From an uncultured Erysipelotrichaceae bacterium (GTDB lineage Bacteria; Bacillota_I; Bacilli_A; Erysipelotrichales; Erysipelotrichaceae), in the NCBI GenBank assembly GCA_937902945.1, contig CALEMD010000361.1:1-32619 (forward strand): a DNA stretch of 32,619 nucleotides. Reading direction: 5' to 3'. Of the stretch, positions 1 to 8,286 are shown piece by piece. The translations under genes were made by a program, and so were the position numbers. The notes under the pieces were generated by a model. That model was not told the origin of the DNA, did no database searches, and worked only from the letters and a program-made list of their open reading frames with translations. How positions within the stretch are numbered: the stretch's first letter is position 1; every line of letters starts with the position of its first letter.

Positions 1-588
1 ACCCGAACAGTATCCATCTGTTGGCCATGCTGTAATCTGATAGACCGTATCATCTGCTGAAGTATTTGTTCCAGCAGTCGGAGCAGAGGTAGAACCGGTA
101 TCTGACCAGTTTGGAAATTTTTCTTCCGTTTCCATCTCAGCAATTGTTTCCGACGTTGATGAAGATGCTGCTGCATTGGCTGAAGAGGATCCGTGATGCT
201 GCAGCTGAATTGTCAGGATGATGACTAGTATCAGCAGGACAATGATAATGAGCTGAAGTACTCGATATGGTACAGAATCAATTGTCTGTATTATTTTTTT
301 GGTGTCAATTTTGATCTCGTTCTTTGGCTTTGCGGCTTTTCCAACTGGACTGCCGCATTTTGGACAGAACTGCGTTTCCGCTGACAGCGGGGCGCCGCAT
401 TTGCTGCAGAATTTGGTTTCTTCATGCGGACCGTTGGATTTCTCTGCTTCAGCAGCTTTTGGCTTTGCTTCTTCCGCAGTTGCGGCCGGTTTTTCTTCTG
501 GCTTGGTTTCGACATAGGCGGCTCCGCAATTGCTGCAGAACTGCTCACTGTCTTCCATTTCAGCATGACACTTAGGACATTTCTTCAT
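1..588 (-). CDS. Double zinc-ribbon, single-pass membrane protein (runs off the left edge)
   Basis: Not in the ORF track; translated by hand from ATG 588 (GGAGG at 597-601): MKKCPKCHAEMEDSEQFCSNCG...KFCSKCGAPLSAETQFCPKCGSPV...TM VLQLIIIVLLILVIILTI, then a Ser/Thr-rich linker; open to position 1. Confidence 0.85.
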   Translation of the reverse strand, partial: MKKCPKCHAEMEDSEQFCSNCGAAYVETKPEEKPAATAEEAKPKAAEAEKSNGPHEETKFCSKCGAPLSAETQFCPKCGSPVGKAAKPKNEIKIDTKKIIQTIDSVPYRVLQLIIIVLLILVIILTIQLQHHGSSSANAAASSSTSETIAEMETEEKFPNWSDTGSTSAPTAGTNTSADDTVYQITAWPTDGYCSG

Positions 589-692
589 AATGAAGTCCTC
601 CTTAATACAAGAAGTGTAGAACAGGTCAGGTATTCTCTTACAGGTGTGCAATCTGCCAACTGTTCATCATGAGGGGTCAGTTTTCTGACTTT

Positions 693-770
693 TGGCAGAT
701 AATGGCAGAAAAATGAACCCCTATGGCAATGATTGACAGATTTATGGCCTTTTTATGAAAGACATTGCCT
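693..770. repeat. Helically phased TGRCA-like motif array in the divergent intergenic region
   Basis: TGGCA 693, TGGCA 703, TGAAC 714, TGGCA 724, TGACA 734, TGGCC 745, TGAAA 756, TGCCT 766; spacing 10-11 bp. Confidence 0.45.
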
Positions 771-809
771 GTCATGATTCAGACAGAGGAATTTAAGGAG
801 GGACCACTT

Positions 810-1700
810 ATGAATGTTAGGTTCTATCATGGTGTTTCGGCCGCAGTATTGGCAATGTCACTTGTTCTGTCTGGTTGTTCATCAGGGCCTAGTGCTGAAG
901 CAAAGACAAATGCAAAAAAAGAAATCAAAGAGATTCAGGCCGCTATGAGTCAATCAGAAACCGTGACGGATTTCATGCTGCAGTATATTGACTGGCAGGT
1001 TTCTACCAGTGAAGCAGAAATGACAAAGCAGCATGAAGCAATTGATGCAGGAATTGCATATGTGCCAATAGTAGATCCGCAGACGCAGTATGATCAGGTG
1101 AAAACAATTGCAGATGAACTGGCGGGATATGGCAATAACCTGCAGGGATTATTGGATCAGATGAAGCTATATGAAGACACAGGCATTGAACAGGTTGATG
1201 CAACTAGAGATGCAGGAATTGAGTATCTGACAAGGATGACTTCCGCAATCAAGGATCTGTTATCAATCAGTGATTTCTACATGGCAGAATTCAATGCCTT
1301 TGCGCCAATCCGCGCTATTGATATCAATACATATACGGATCGAACCGTATATGCAAGCGATATGACAGACGCATTTGGGATGGTCTATGAAGCCAGTCAG
1401 AAAATCGACTGTCCGGAATATATGAGTCAGCCATGGCAGCAGTACATGAAACAGATTGCCAACTATGAGATTCTTTGGCGTTCAATGTATGTAGGCTGGT
1501 ATCTTGATGATCCGCTTAGGCAGGCGGCGAATATCTACATGTCACAGCGGGTAGATAAACTTTTGGTGAAATATGGAGATAAGCTGACAGTTGATTTCAA
1601 TCTGCAGTTTACACAGGTTGGCAGCCGTTTGAACACAGAAATTGCGACACTGAAAAAAGAACTGAATGATGCCTGCGCAAAGCTTGCATCATCACTCTAG
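810..1700 (+). CDS. Putative lipoprotein, mostly helical, function unknown
   Basis: AAGGAGG RBS before ATG 810; signal peptide with lipobox LSG-C (MNVRFYHGVSAAVLAMSLVLSGCSSG). Confidence 0.8.
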   Translation: MNVRFYHGVSAAVLAMSLVLSGCSSGPSAEAKTNAKKEIKEIQAAMSQSETVTDFMLQYIDWQVSTSEAEMTKQHEAIDAGIAYVPIVDPQTQYDQVKTIADELAGYGNNLQGLLDQMKLYEDTGIEQVDATRDAGIEYLTRMTSAIKDLLSISDFYMAEFNAFAPIRAIDINTYTDRTVYASDMTDAFGMVYEASQKIDCPEYMSQPWQQYMKQIANYEILWRSMYVGWYLDDPLRQAANIYMSQRVDKLLVKYGDKLTVDFNLQFTQVGSRLNTEIATLKKELNDACAKLASSL

Positions 1701-1711
1701 GAGGCAGAGAT

Positions 1712-3124
1712 ATGAAATACTGTACAGTATGCGGCAATAGTCTCAAGGACAATGCAAAGTTCTGCCCAGTCTGCGGCAGCAAAGTAAAAATCAAAGAACA
1801 GGCAGCTGCTGAAAAAGATGAAGAAAATACAGAAATACCAATTAAGGAAGAACAGGCATCGGTTCACGAGGAAATCATTGAGACTGTCAATGAAGACAAT
1901 AAAAAAACAGCTATACCCGAACCGACAGAGGTGAAAGAAATACAGGAGCCAAAGACAGAACTAAAGAAAGAAAAGCCAAAAGTAGATTTGCTGAAGAAGT
2001 CTTCAATTCTGCAGAAGAAAATATTCTGGATTATGACAGCCGCTGTGCTGACTGTTGCAATTGTCATTGGATTTCTGTTTGGAAAAGGAAGAGACATTCC
2101 TTCTGTGAAATACAGCTACCTTTCTGAAGAAAAGACACCGACTATTACGTATGAAATTATAGATAAGATCTGGCCGTCGCTATATAAACAGTATGACTCA
2201 ATTGTGAACTTCACTGCTAACTGCAGCGGAGGCGATATGAAAGTTCTAGTCAGCGTAGAAGTGCCGGGCTACTCTCAAGTATATGAGCAGCAGTACACAC
2301 TGACAGATCAGATTACTGAGGCATATATCAAGCCGCCGATGCTGACCGGAGAACTGGATCTGAATTCCGAGAAGGATTCACAGATTGTTTTCTCTGTAAC
2401 AGATCAGGAAACTGGCAATGTATTAGTCAAGGAAACAAAGCCAATTAAGATAGAGAGTGAATATGACTTTCTGCAGGTGTCTGGGGATATTTACGGTGAT
2501 TATGCGTACACAGATAAGACGGATACGCTTGCCTGGGTAACTCCGGAAGATGAGTCGATTCTGCAGGTGAAAAGGGCCGCAATAGATTGGCTGTCACTGC
2601 AGACAGATGGACAGCTTCAGAGTTTTGTGGGATATCAGGATACAGGATTTTTTGAAGATGTACAGATGAACACATACGTCCAGGCTTTGGCCATTCAAGG
2701 GGCAATGAGTGATCTTGGTGTTCGCTATAATGCGACTAGCTTCTCGCTGACAGAAACAACCGGTGCTATACAGAGAATGCAGAAACCGGCAATGACATTG
2801 GAACAAAAGAGCGGACTGTGCATTGAGACAAGCTTCGTCATGGCAAGTGCTCTTGAATCTGCGGGAATGCATTGCTTTCTGATTATGCCGCCGGGACATT
2901 GCCAAGTAGCTGTTGAATCATGGTCCTATTCGGGTGAATACTTTCTGATTGAAACAACAATCCTGCCGTTAACCGATGAGAATGCTGGAAATATTGTTAC
3001 TTATATGACCCATGAACAATGGGCTTCATACATTCAGGATCCATGGGGCAATGGTTCTGGACAGTGCACGGTTGTAGATTGCGAAACAGGCAAGGAAATG
3101 GGAATTGTTCCGATTTCCAATTGA
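1712..3124 (+). CDS. Zinc-ribbon + TM + transglutaminase-like (papain-fold) domain protein
   Basis: N-terminal CTVC...FCPVCG, charged linker, TM IFWIMTAAVLTVAIVIGFLF, C-terminal motifs GLCIETS / PGHCQV / YFLIETT; AGGAGG RBS. Confidence 0.75.
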   Translation: MKYCTVCGNSLKDNAKFCPVCGSKVKIKEQAAAEKDEENTEIPIKEEQASVHEEIIETVNEDNKKTAIPEPTEVKEIQEPKTELKKEKPKVDLLKKSSILQKKIFWIMTAAVLTVAIVIGFLFGKGRDIPSVKYSYLSEEKTPTITYEIIDKIWPSLYKQYDSIVNFTANCSGGDMKVLVSVEVPGYSQVYEQQYTLTDQITEAYIKPPMLTGELDLNSEKDSQIVFSVTDQETGNVLVKETKPIKIESEYDFLQVSGDIYGDYAYTDKTDTLAWVTPEDESILQVKRAAIDWLSLQTDGQLQSFVGYQDTGFFEDVQMNTYVQALAIQGAMSDLGVRYNATSFSLTETTGAIQRMQKPAMTLEQKSGLCIETSFVMASALESAGMHCFLIMPPGHCQVAVESWSYSGEYFLIETTILPLTDENAGNIVTYMTHEQWASYIQDPWGNGSGQCTVVDCETGKEMGIVPISN

Positions 3125-3153
3125 GTATATGTAAAAAGGAAAAACACACTGGG

Positions 3154-3205
3154 ATGATCCGTATTGCAAAGCAGATAAATGCTTGCGGTGCGGATCATTT
3201 TCTCT
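3154..3205 (+). terminator. Intrinsic terminator after the lipoprotein/zinc-ribbon operon
   Basis: Stem ATGATCCGTATTGCA...TGCGGTGCGGATCAT with G-U pairs that work only on the + strand, followed by TTTCTCT. Confidence 0.6.
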
Positions 3206-3258
3206 GCGGAGGTACTGTTTGGTCAAAGAACAGAAACAATGCTGCAGCGTAAAAATGT

Positions 3259-3288
3259 TTGACAGGAAGTAAAGAGTCATGGTAAATT
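3259..3288 (+). promoter_or_regulatory. Sigma-A promoter of feo operon 1
   Basis: TTGACA (3259-3264), 18 bp spacer, extended -10 TGgTAAATT (3280-3288). Confidence 0.6.
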
Positions 3289-3295
3289 AAATTGC

Positions 3296-3347
3296 AAGTT
3301 AGCGAAAGCTAACTTATATTTAGCGAATATAGTTAGTCAAAGCTAAC
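3296..3347. promoter_or_regulatory. Two palindromic operators (GTTAG-N6-CTAAC), probably for a DtxR/MntR-family metal repressor
   Basis: AAGTTAGC-GAAA-GCTAACTT (3296-3315) and GTTAGTCAAAGCTAAC (3332-3347) lie between promoter and feoA RBS; the same motif occurs at 8014. Confidence 0.7.
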
Positions 3348-3366
3348 ACAAGAGCAGGAGGACAGA

Positions 3367-3579
3367 ATGATGCCGCTGACTATGGCTGGAATTGGCGAAA
3401 CAGTAACAATTGCAAAAGTGACTGGAAAGGAAGAGGTGTGCCAGCATCTTGCAGAACTGGGGTTTGTGCCGGCAGCTGATGTAACGATCGTATCAAAGAT
3501 TTCCGGGAATCTGATTATCCGTGTAAAGGGAAGCAGAATTGCTTTGGACAAGACAATGGCAAATCGCATTCTGTACTAG
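3367..3579 (+). CDS. feoA: Ferrous iron transport protein A
   Basis: 70 aa FeoA-like sequence (HLAELGF...IIRVKGSRIALD); AGGAGG RBS; upstream of feoB. Confidence 0.9.
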   Translation: MMPLTMAGIGETVTIAKVTGKEEVCQHLAELGFVPAADVTIVSKISGNLIIRVKGSRIALDKTMANRILY

Positions 3580-3593
3580 AGAGGAAAAAGACG

Positions 3594-3815
3594 ATGAGAA
3601 CACTGAAGGATATTAAAGTGAAAGATACCTGCAAGGTATTGAAACTGCATGGAGAAGGGGCAGTGAAGCGCAGAATAATGGATATGGGAATAACCAAAGG
3701 CGTGGAAATCTACGTGAGGAAGGTGGCTCCGCTCGGTGATCCTATGGAACTGAATGTACGAGGATATGAGCTGTCAATTCGCAGGAACGATGCAAAAATG
3801 ATTGAAGTTGAATAA
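3594..3815 (+). CDS. feoA: Ferrous iron transport protein A
   Basis: RRIMDMGIT...KVAPLGDPMELNVRGYELSIR signature. Confidence 0.95.
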   Translation: MRTLKDIKVKDTCKVLKLHGEGAVKRRIMDMGITKGVEIYVRKVAPLGDPMELNVRGYELSIRRNDAKMIEVE

Positions 3816-3844
3816 ATAAGAGAAACATACAGGAGGATAGAAAC

Positions 3845-6055
3845 ATGGACATCAGAATCGCCCTTGCGGGGAATCCAAACTGCGGGAAAACAACGCTCTT
3901 CAACAGCTTAACAGGATCAAGTCAGTATGTAGGCAACTGGCCGGGAGTAACAGTGGAAAAGAAAGAAGGCAGACTGAAAGGGCACAAGGATGTCATCATT
4001 CAGGATCTGCCGGGCATCTACTCACTGTCTCCTTATACGTTAGAAGAGGTCGTCACAAGAAAATATCTGGTAAATGAAAAACCGGATGCAATACTCAACA
4101 TCATTGATGGAACCAATATTGAGCGCAATCTATACCTGACTACACAGCTGATAGAATTGGGAATTCCTGTGGTTGTGGCAGTGAATATGATGGATGCTGT
4201 AGACAGAAGCGGAGACAGGATTGATCTTGTTAAGCTGGGCAGATCTTTAGGATGCGAGACAATAGGCATCAGTGCCCTGAAGAATGAAGGCAGCATGGAT
4301 GCCGCAGAGAAAGCAATTGCTGCAGCCCATGAGGGAATGATGGCAGAACTGCCGCATGTGTTTACGGGAAGTGTCGAACATGCTATAGCTCATATAGAAG
4401 AGTCAATTCAAAGAAGTGTACCGGAGAATTTTCTTCGCTGGTATGCGATCAAGCTGTTTGAACGAGATGAGAAGGTACAGGAAGAACTGCAGCTGGATGA
4501 TGCATTGAAAGCACATATTGGAAAACACATCGCTGATTGTGAAAAGGAAATGGATGATACTGCTGAGAGCATCATCACCAATCAGCGCTATGAATACATC
4601 AATCATGCAGTGCAGCATACCGTTGTTAAGAAGAATGTTAAGCACGGCATGACTGTATCCGATAGGATAGACAGTATTGTGACAAATCGGTTTCTGGCAC
4701 TTCCGATATTTGCCTTGGCAATGTTCCTTGTCTATTACATTTCTATTGGGACGGTTGGCGATTTTGTCACTGTATGGACCAATGATGTTCTGTTTGGAGA
4801 ATGGATTGTACCAGGCGTAACAGCAATGCTGGAAGGAATGAATGTCGCCGGCTGGCTGGTAAGTCTGATTGCGGATGGGATCATTGGCGGTGTAGGTGCA
4901 GTGCTTGGATTTGTGCCGCAGATGCTGATACTGTTTACTTTGCTGGCAATATTGGAAGATGTTGGATATATGGCTCGCATAGCATTTATTATGGATCGGA
5001 TTTTCAGAAAAGTCGGATTGTCTGGCAAGAGCTTCATCCCGATGCTGGTTTCTTCAGGATGCGGAGTTCCCGGTGTAATGGCCAGTCGGACAATTGAACA
5101 GGATCGTGATCGCAAGATGACGATTATGACAACCTGCTTTATACCCTGCGGCGCTAAGATGCCGATTGTAGGACTGATAGCCGGAGCACTGTTCAACGGC
5201 AGTGCGCTGGTATCGACATCTGCTTATTTCATTGGTGTATCAGCGGTAATCATTTCTGGAATCATGCTGAAGAAGACAAAGGCATTTGCTGGAGACCCGG
5301 CACCGTTTGTTATGGAACTGCCAGCATATCATATGCCGGTTGCAGCAAATATTCTGCGGGCAACGTGGGAAAGAGGATCCAGTTTTATTAAGCGCGCCGG
5401 CAGTGTGATCGTAGTGGCCTGTGTTGCTATATGGCTGCTGAATTCACTGACATTTACAGGTGGATTGCACTATATAGGTGATGGCAATGAGATGTCTATT
5501 CTGAATGCACTTGGCGAAGGAATTGCATTTATCTTTATTCCCCTTGGCTTTGGCAGATGGCAGGCAGCGGTGGCGACAATTCTTGGACTTGTGGCCAAAG
5601 AAGAAGTGGTTGGGGTATTCGGCTCGTTATCCAGCATGTTTGCGGCTGCAAATCCGGAGGCGGCAGTGGATCTTCTTGGTGCGATGGAAGGCAATGTCAG
5701 CAATCTGAATCTGATCGGACAGGAATTCTTTGGAGGCAGTGCATTGGCTGCATATTCATTCCTGATATTCAATTTATTATGTGCTCCATGCTTCGCAGCA
5801 ATGGGTGCTATAAAAAGAGAAATGAACAGCGCAAAATGGACATGGGCTGCAATTGGCTATATGAGCGGATTTGCATACGCAGTTTCACTCATTGTGTATC
5901 AATTGGGAATGCTGTTTACAGAGTCTGTCTTCACAATATGGACAGCAATAGCGATAGCTGTTCTTATGTTCCTTGTATATATGCTCTTCCGCAAGAACCC
6001 TTATGATGAGAATCATCTTCATATCAAAGCGATTGAGGCGGTGAAAGAAGTATGA
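3845..6055 (+). CDS. feoB: Ferrous iron transport protein B
   Basis: G1 GNPNCGKT, VGNWPGVTVE, DLPG, NMMD, multi-pass membrane domain with gate Cys motifs (GCGVP, PCGAK, PCFAA). Confidence 0.97.
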   Translation: MDIRIALAGNPNCGKTTLFNSLTGSSQYVGNWPGVTVEKKEGRLKGHKDVIIQDLPGIYSLSPYTLEEVVTRKYLVNEKPDAILNIIDGTNIERNLYLTTQLIELGIPVVVAVNMMDAVDRSGDRIDLVKLGRSLGCETIGISALKNEGSMDAAEKAIAAAHEGMMAELPHVFTGSVEHAIAHIEESIQRSVPENFLRWYAIKLFERDEKVQEELQLDDALKAHIGKHIADCEKEMDDTAESIITNQRYEYINHAVQHTVVKKNVKHGMTVSDRIDSIVTNRFLALPIFALAMFLVYYISIGTVGDFVTVWTNDVLFGEWIVPGVTAMLEGMNVAGWLVSLIADGIIGGVGAVLGFVPQMLILFTLLAILEDVGYMARIAFIMDRIFRKVGLSGKSFIPMLVSSGCGVPGVMASRTIEQDRDRKMTIMTTCFIPCGAKMPIVGLIAGALFNGSALVSTSAYFIGVSAVIISGIMLKKTKAFAGDPAPFVMELPAYHMPVAANILRATWERGSSFIKRAGSVIVVACVAIWLLNSLTFTGGLHYIGDGNEMSILNALGEGIAFIFIPLGFGRWQAAVATILGLVAKEEVVGVFGSLSSMFAAANPEAAVDLLGAMEGNVSNLNLIGQEFFGGSALAAYSFLIFNLLCAPCFAAMGAIKREMNSAKWTWAAIGYMSGFAYAVSLIVYQLGMLFTESVFTIWTAIAIAVLMFLVYMLFRKNPYDENHLHIKAIEAVKEV

Positions 6056-6195
6056 ACATATCATCTTGGATCGTACTAGGCATCATTCTGCTGGTTGTAT
6101 TTGTCATAATCATACGCATCGCAAAAAACAGAAAGAATGGCAAATCATCATGTTCCTGCGGCAGCTGTGATAGCGGCTGTACCTGTCATAAGTAA
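6052..6195 (+). CDS. FeoB-associated Cys-rich membrane peptide (47 aa)
   Basis: Below the ORF-track cutoff; ATGA overlap with the feoB stop; MNISSWIVLGIILLVVFVIIIRIAKNRKNGKSSCSCGSCDSGCTCHK. Confidence 0.88.
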   Translation: MNISSWIVLGIILLVVFVIIIRIAKNRKNGKSSCSCGSCDSGCTCHK

Positions 6196-6267
6196 AAGGC
6201 TCTGAAGTTTTCGGTGCTGAGAAACTGCAATCGAACTATAATGCAGGTAACATAGGAGGTGGCCATA

Positions 6268-6489
6268 ATGGATATCAAAGAAGCCGCACAGAAAGTTATC
6301 AGGGCAGTTAAAAGCAATCCGCAGATGCTTCAGAAACTAAGTACGAATGCAGAATCAGCTGTTAAGGAAGTCCTGAAAGATGGAAAACTGACAGCCGATG
6401 AAATCAAGAAGATTGCTGAAGAAGCAGTAAAGCAGCTAGGCATCAGCGGATCGGATGGTCTCGATAAGATCAAAGGTCTGTTCAAGTAA
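6268..6489 (+). CDS. Small helical hypothetical protein (73 aa)
   Basis: TATAAT at 6238-6243, AGGAGG RBS 8 nt before ATG 6268, terminator right after the stop. Confidence 0.8.
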   Translation: MDIKEAAQKVIRAVKSNPQMLQKLSTNAESAVKEVLKDGKLTADEIKKIAEEAVKQLGISGSDGLDKIKGLFK

Positions 6490-6494
6490 TCGAT

Positions 6495-6530
6495 GCAAAA
6501 GAAAAGATGGATCTCCATCTTTTCTTTTGC
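6495..6530. terminator. Bidirectional intrinsic terminator
   Basis: Perfect 16-bp inverted repeat GCAAAAGAAAAGATGG-atct-CCATCTTTTCTTTTGC between convergent genes. Confidence 0.85.
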
Positions 6531-7502
6531 TCAGCGATATTTACTTGCCCCCTTTTTTAAAGTGTCTTTCAGTTCGTTCCTGAAATCCGCAGGCTCTAGG
6601 ATTTCCATGTGATCAAGATACTGCAGTGCAAAGAATTTCAAGCCTTGGCGTGATGCTTTGATGCGGGTGGTAAAATGTGCACTGTCAGCAGGTACGACAG
6701 GTATGTCTTTTCCGAATCTGTCTATCAGATCATCAAGTGTTTCTAGATCGCATTTCATTACAGCATTGACCATTTCGCCGCCATACATATATACCTTGTT
6801 CTTGGAATATACATAAGGATCTTCTTTCTTCAAAGGTTTTTTATAAGGTATGCCGTCAATGATATCAACGTCTTTGATTTTATCTATCCGGAAATGTGTC
6901 AGACCATCATGATGAATGCTTTTAGCTATCAAGTATGTTTTTCCATCGGCTGAAACCATGCTGTATGGACTGACAAGATAGGGCTCTGTTCTTTTCAGTA
7001 CAACTTTTTTCTTTAGATTGTATTGCGTATAGTGAAAGGAAATCACTTTTTCTTCCTGAATTGCCTGGGCAATGACTTCGATATTCAGAAAGAACTGTGA
7101 ATTATCTTTTTTGTTCAGATTGCTTATGTAAACTGTGTTGCGGAAATTCTGAATGCTGTAGCGGCTCTGTGTCTTCAGCAGTTTGTTTATAAGACGTTTA
7201 GAAGCATTGTTGGGGACATAGTTGGAAGCATGAATTGCATTGCATAGAAGCAGTACTTCTGATTCCTCAAACTGTCTTTCCTGCAGGAAGTATCCTTTTT
7301 TGTTTTCGGAGTATACAGAAATGTCATATCCGAAATCGATCAGCATGTTGATATTGCTGTAAAGAGTACGACGATCAAGATTCAATCCATAGCGTTCACT
7401 CAATAAGGTAATCATGTCATTCTGGGAAAGGATGTGTTCTGCATCACTGTCATTCTGAAGGATTTCCAGTGTTGCCAATATGCTTGTTTTTTTCTCTTCC
7501 AT
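6531..7502 (-). CDS. wHTH-WYL-WCX transcriptional regulator
   Basis: N-terminal HTH (LDRRTLYSNINMLIDFGYDI), WYL core (VSPYSMVSADGKTYLIA...HFRIDKI), C-terminal WCX-like region (EILEPADFRNE). Confidence 0.9.
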   Translation of the reverse strand: MEEKKTSILATLEILQNDSDAEHILSQNDMITLLSERYGLNLDRRTLYSNINMLIDFGYDISVYSENKKGYFLQERQFEESEVLLLCNAIHASNYVPNNASKRLINKLLKTQSRYSIQNFRNTVYISNLNKKDNSQFFLNIEVIAQAIQEEKVISFHYTQYNLKKKVVLKRTEPYLVSPYSMVSADGKTYLIAKSIHHDGLTHFRIDKIKDVDIIDGIPYKKPLKKEDPYVYSKNKVYMYGGEMVNAVMKCDLETLDDLIDRFGKDIPVVPADSAHFTTRIKASRQGLKFFALQYLDHMEILEPADFRNELKDTLKKGASKYR

Positions 7503-7591
7503 ATTTGCCTCCAGAAAGAATCATAATACTTGATCGGTTTTTTGTACAGGCAGCTTTCTATACTGTGTACATAGAGCAGGAGGGACAGATT

Positions 7592-7912
7592 ATGTTCATC
7601 ACAATCGTTGGCGCACAGTATTATCTTGGAATGGATGTGTTTCACATCAGTCAGAAGCTTGAGCTGAGAAAAGACAAAGAGAACAATGCCGATACAGAAG
7701 CCATTAAAGCAGTCAGTGACTCAGGCACAACATATGGATATGTTTCCAATTCTGTAGGTACAAGAGCAAAGGGATGCAATTCAGCGGGTTTCATCTATGA
7801 TACGTTTGTTGATTCTGTATCATGCATTGTTCGCTTTATTGTAGACGGAAAAGTTATTGCAGAAGTATTATACCCGGCAGATAAAACTGTAAATAAAGCT
7901 ATGAAAAAGTGA
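7592..7912 (+). CDS. Stand-alone HIRAN domain protein
   Basis: AGGAGG RBS, ATG 7592; ITIVGAQYY...LRKDKENNADTEAIKA...GYVSN matches the HIRAN pattern (L.+E..N..D..AI.V....GYV). Confidence 0.8.
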   Translation: MFITIVGAQYYLGMDVFHISQKLELRKDKENNADTEAIKAVSDSGTTYGYVSNSVGTRAKGCNSAGFIYDTFVDSVSCIVRFIVDGKVIAEVLYPADKTVNKAMKK

Positions 7913-7961
7913 ATGCATAGTCAATTCATAACGCATTGAATCCTAAAATCGTGTGGGAGGG

Positions 7962-7996
7962 GGAAGCATTTCAGCAATGAAAGGGCTTCCTTTTTC
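7962..7996 (+). terminator. Intrinsic terminator after the HIRAN gene
   Basis: GGAAGCATTTCA-GCAA-TGAAAGGGCTTCC followed by TTTTTC. Confidence 0.6.
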
Positions 7997-8013
7997 ATTT
8001 TATGCAGCATTAT

Positions 8014-8042
8014 GTTAGATATAACTAACTTTGTGCTACAAT
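8014..8042 (+). promoter_or_regulatory. GTTAG-N6-CTAAC operator plus extended -10 of feo operon 2
   Basis: GTTAGATATAACTAAC (8014-8029) covers the -35 position of TGcTACAAT (8034-8042). Confidence 0.7.
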
Positions 8043-8058
8043 AAGTGCGGGAGAAAAT

Positions 8059-8286
8059 ATGAAACTAGTTGACTGCAGGGTACATCAGAAGGTAAAGGTT
8101 CTCGATATTGCCGGGGAAAAGGCTATACGGAAAAGACTGATCGATATGGGCATTACTACCGGTACAGTCATTTTTATTCGAAAAATGGCTCCTATGGGAG
8201 ATCCAATGGAGATCAATCTGCGCGGATATGAATTGAGTCTGAGAAAAGAAGAGGCAGAGAAGATAGAAGTGGAGCCCCTGAAATGA
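8059..8286 (+). CDS. feoA: Ferrous iron transport protein A
   Basis: RLIDMGIT...APMGDPMEINLRGYELSLR. Confidence 0.95.
   Translation: MKLVDCRVHQKVKVLDIAGEKAIRKRLIDMGITTGTVIFIRKMAPMGDPMEINLRGYELSLRKEEAEKIEVEPLK

Noticed and set aside
291-672. Four short ORFs from the track
   Set aside because: They are shadow frames of the zinc-ribbon gene at 1-588 (-).
7913-8058. Metal-sensing riboswitch upstream of the second feoA
   Set aside because: The hairpin lies upstream of the feoA -10 element, fits a HIRAN terminator, and shows no NiCo or yybP consensus that I recognise.
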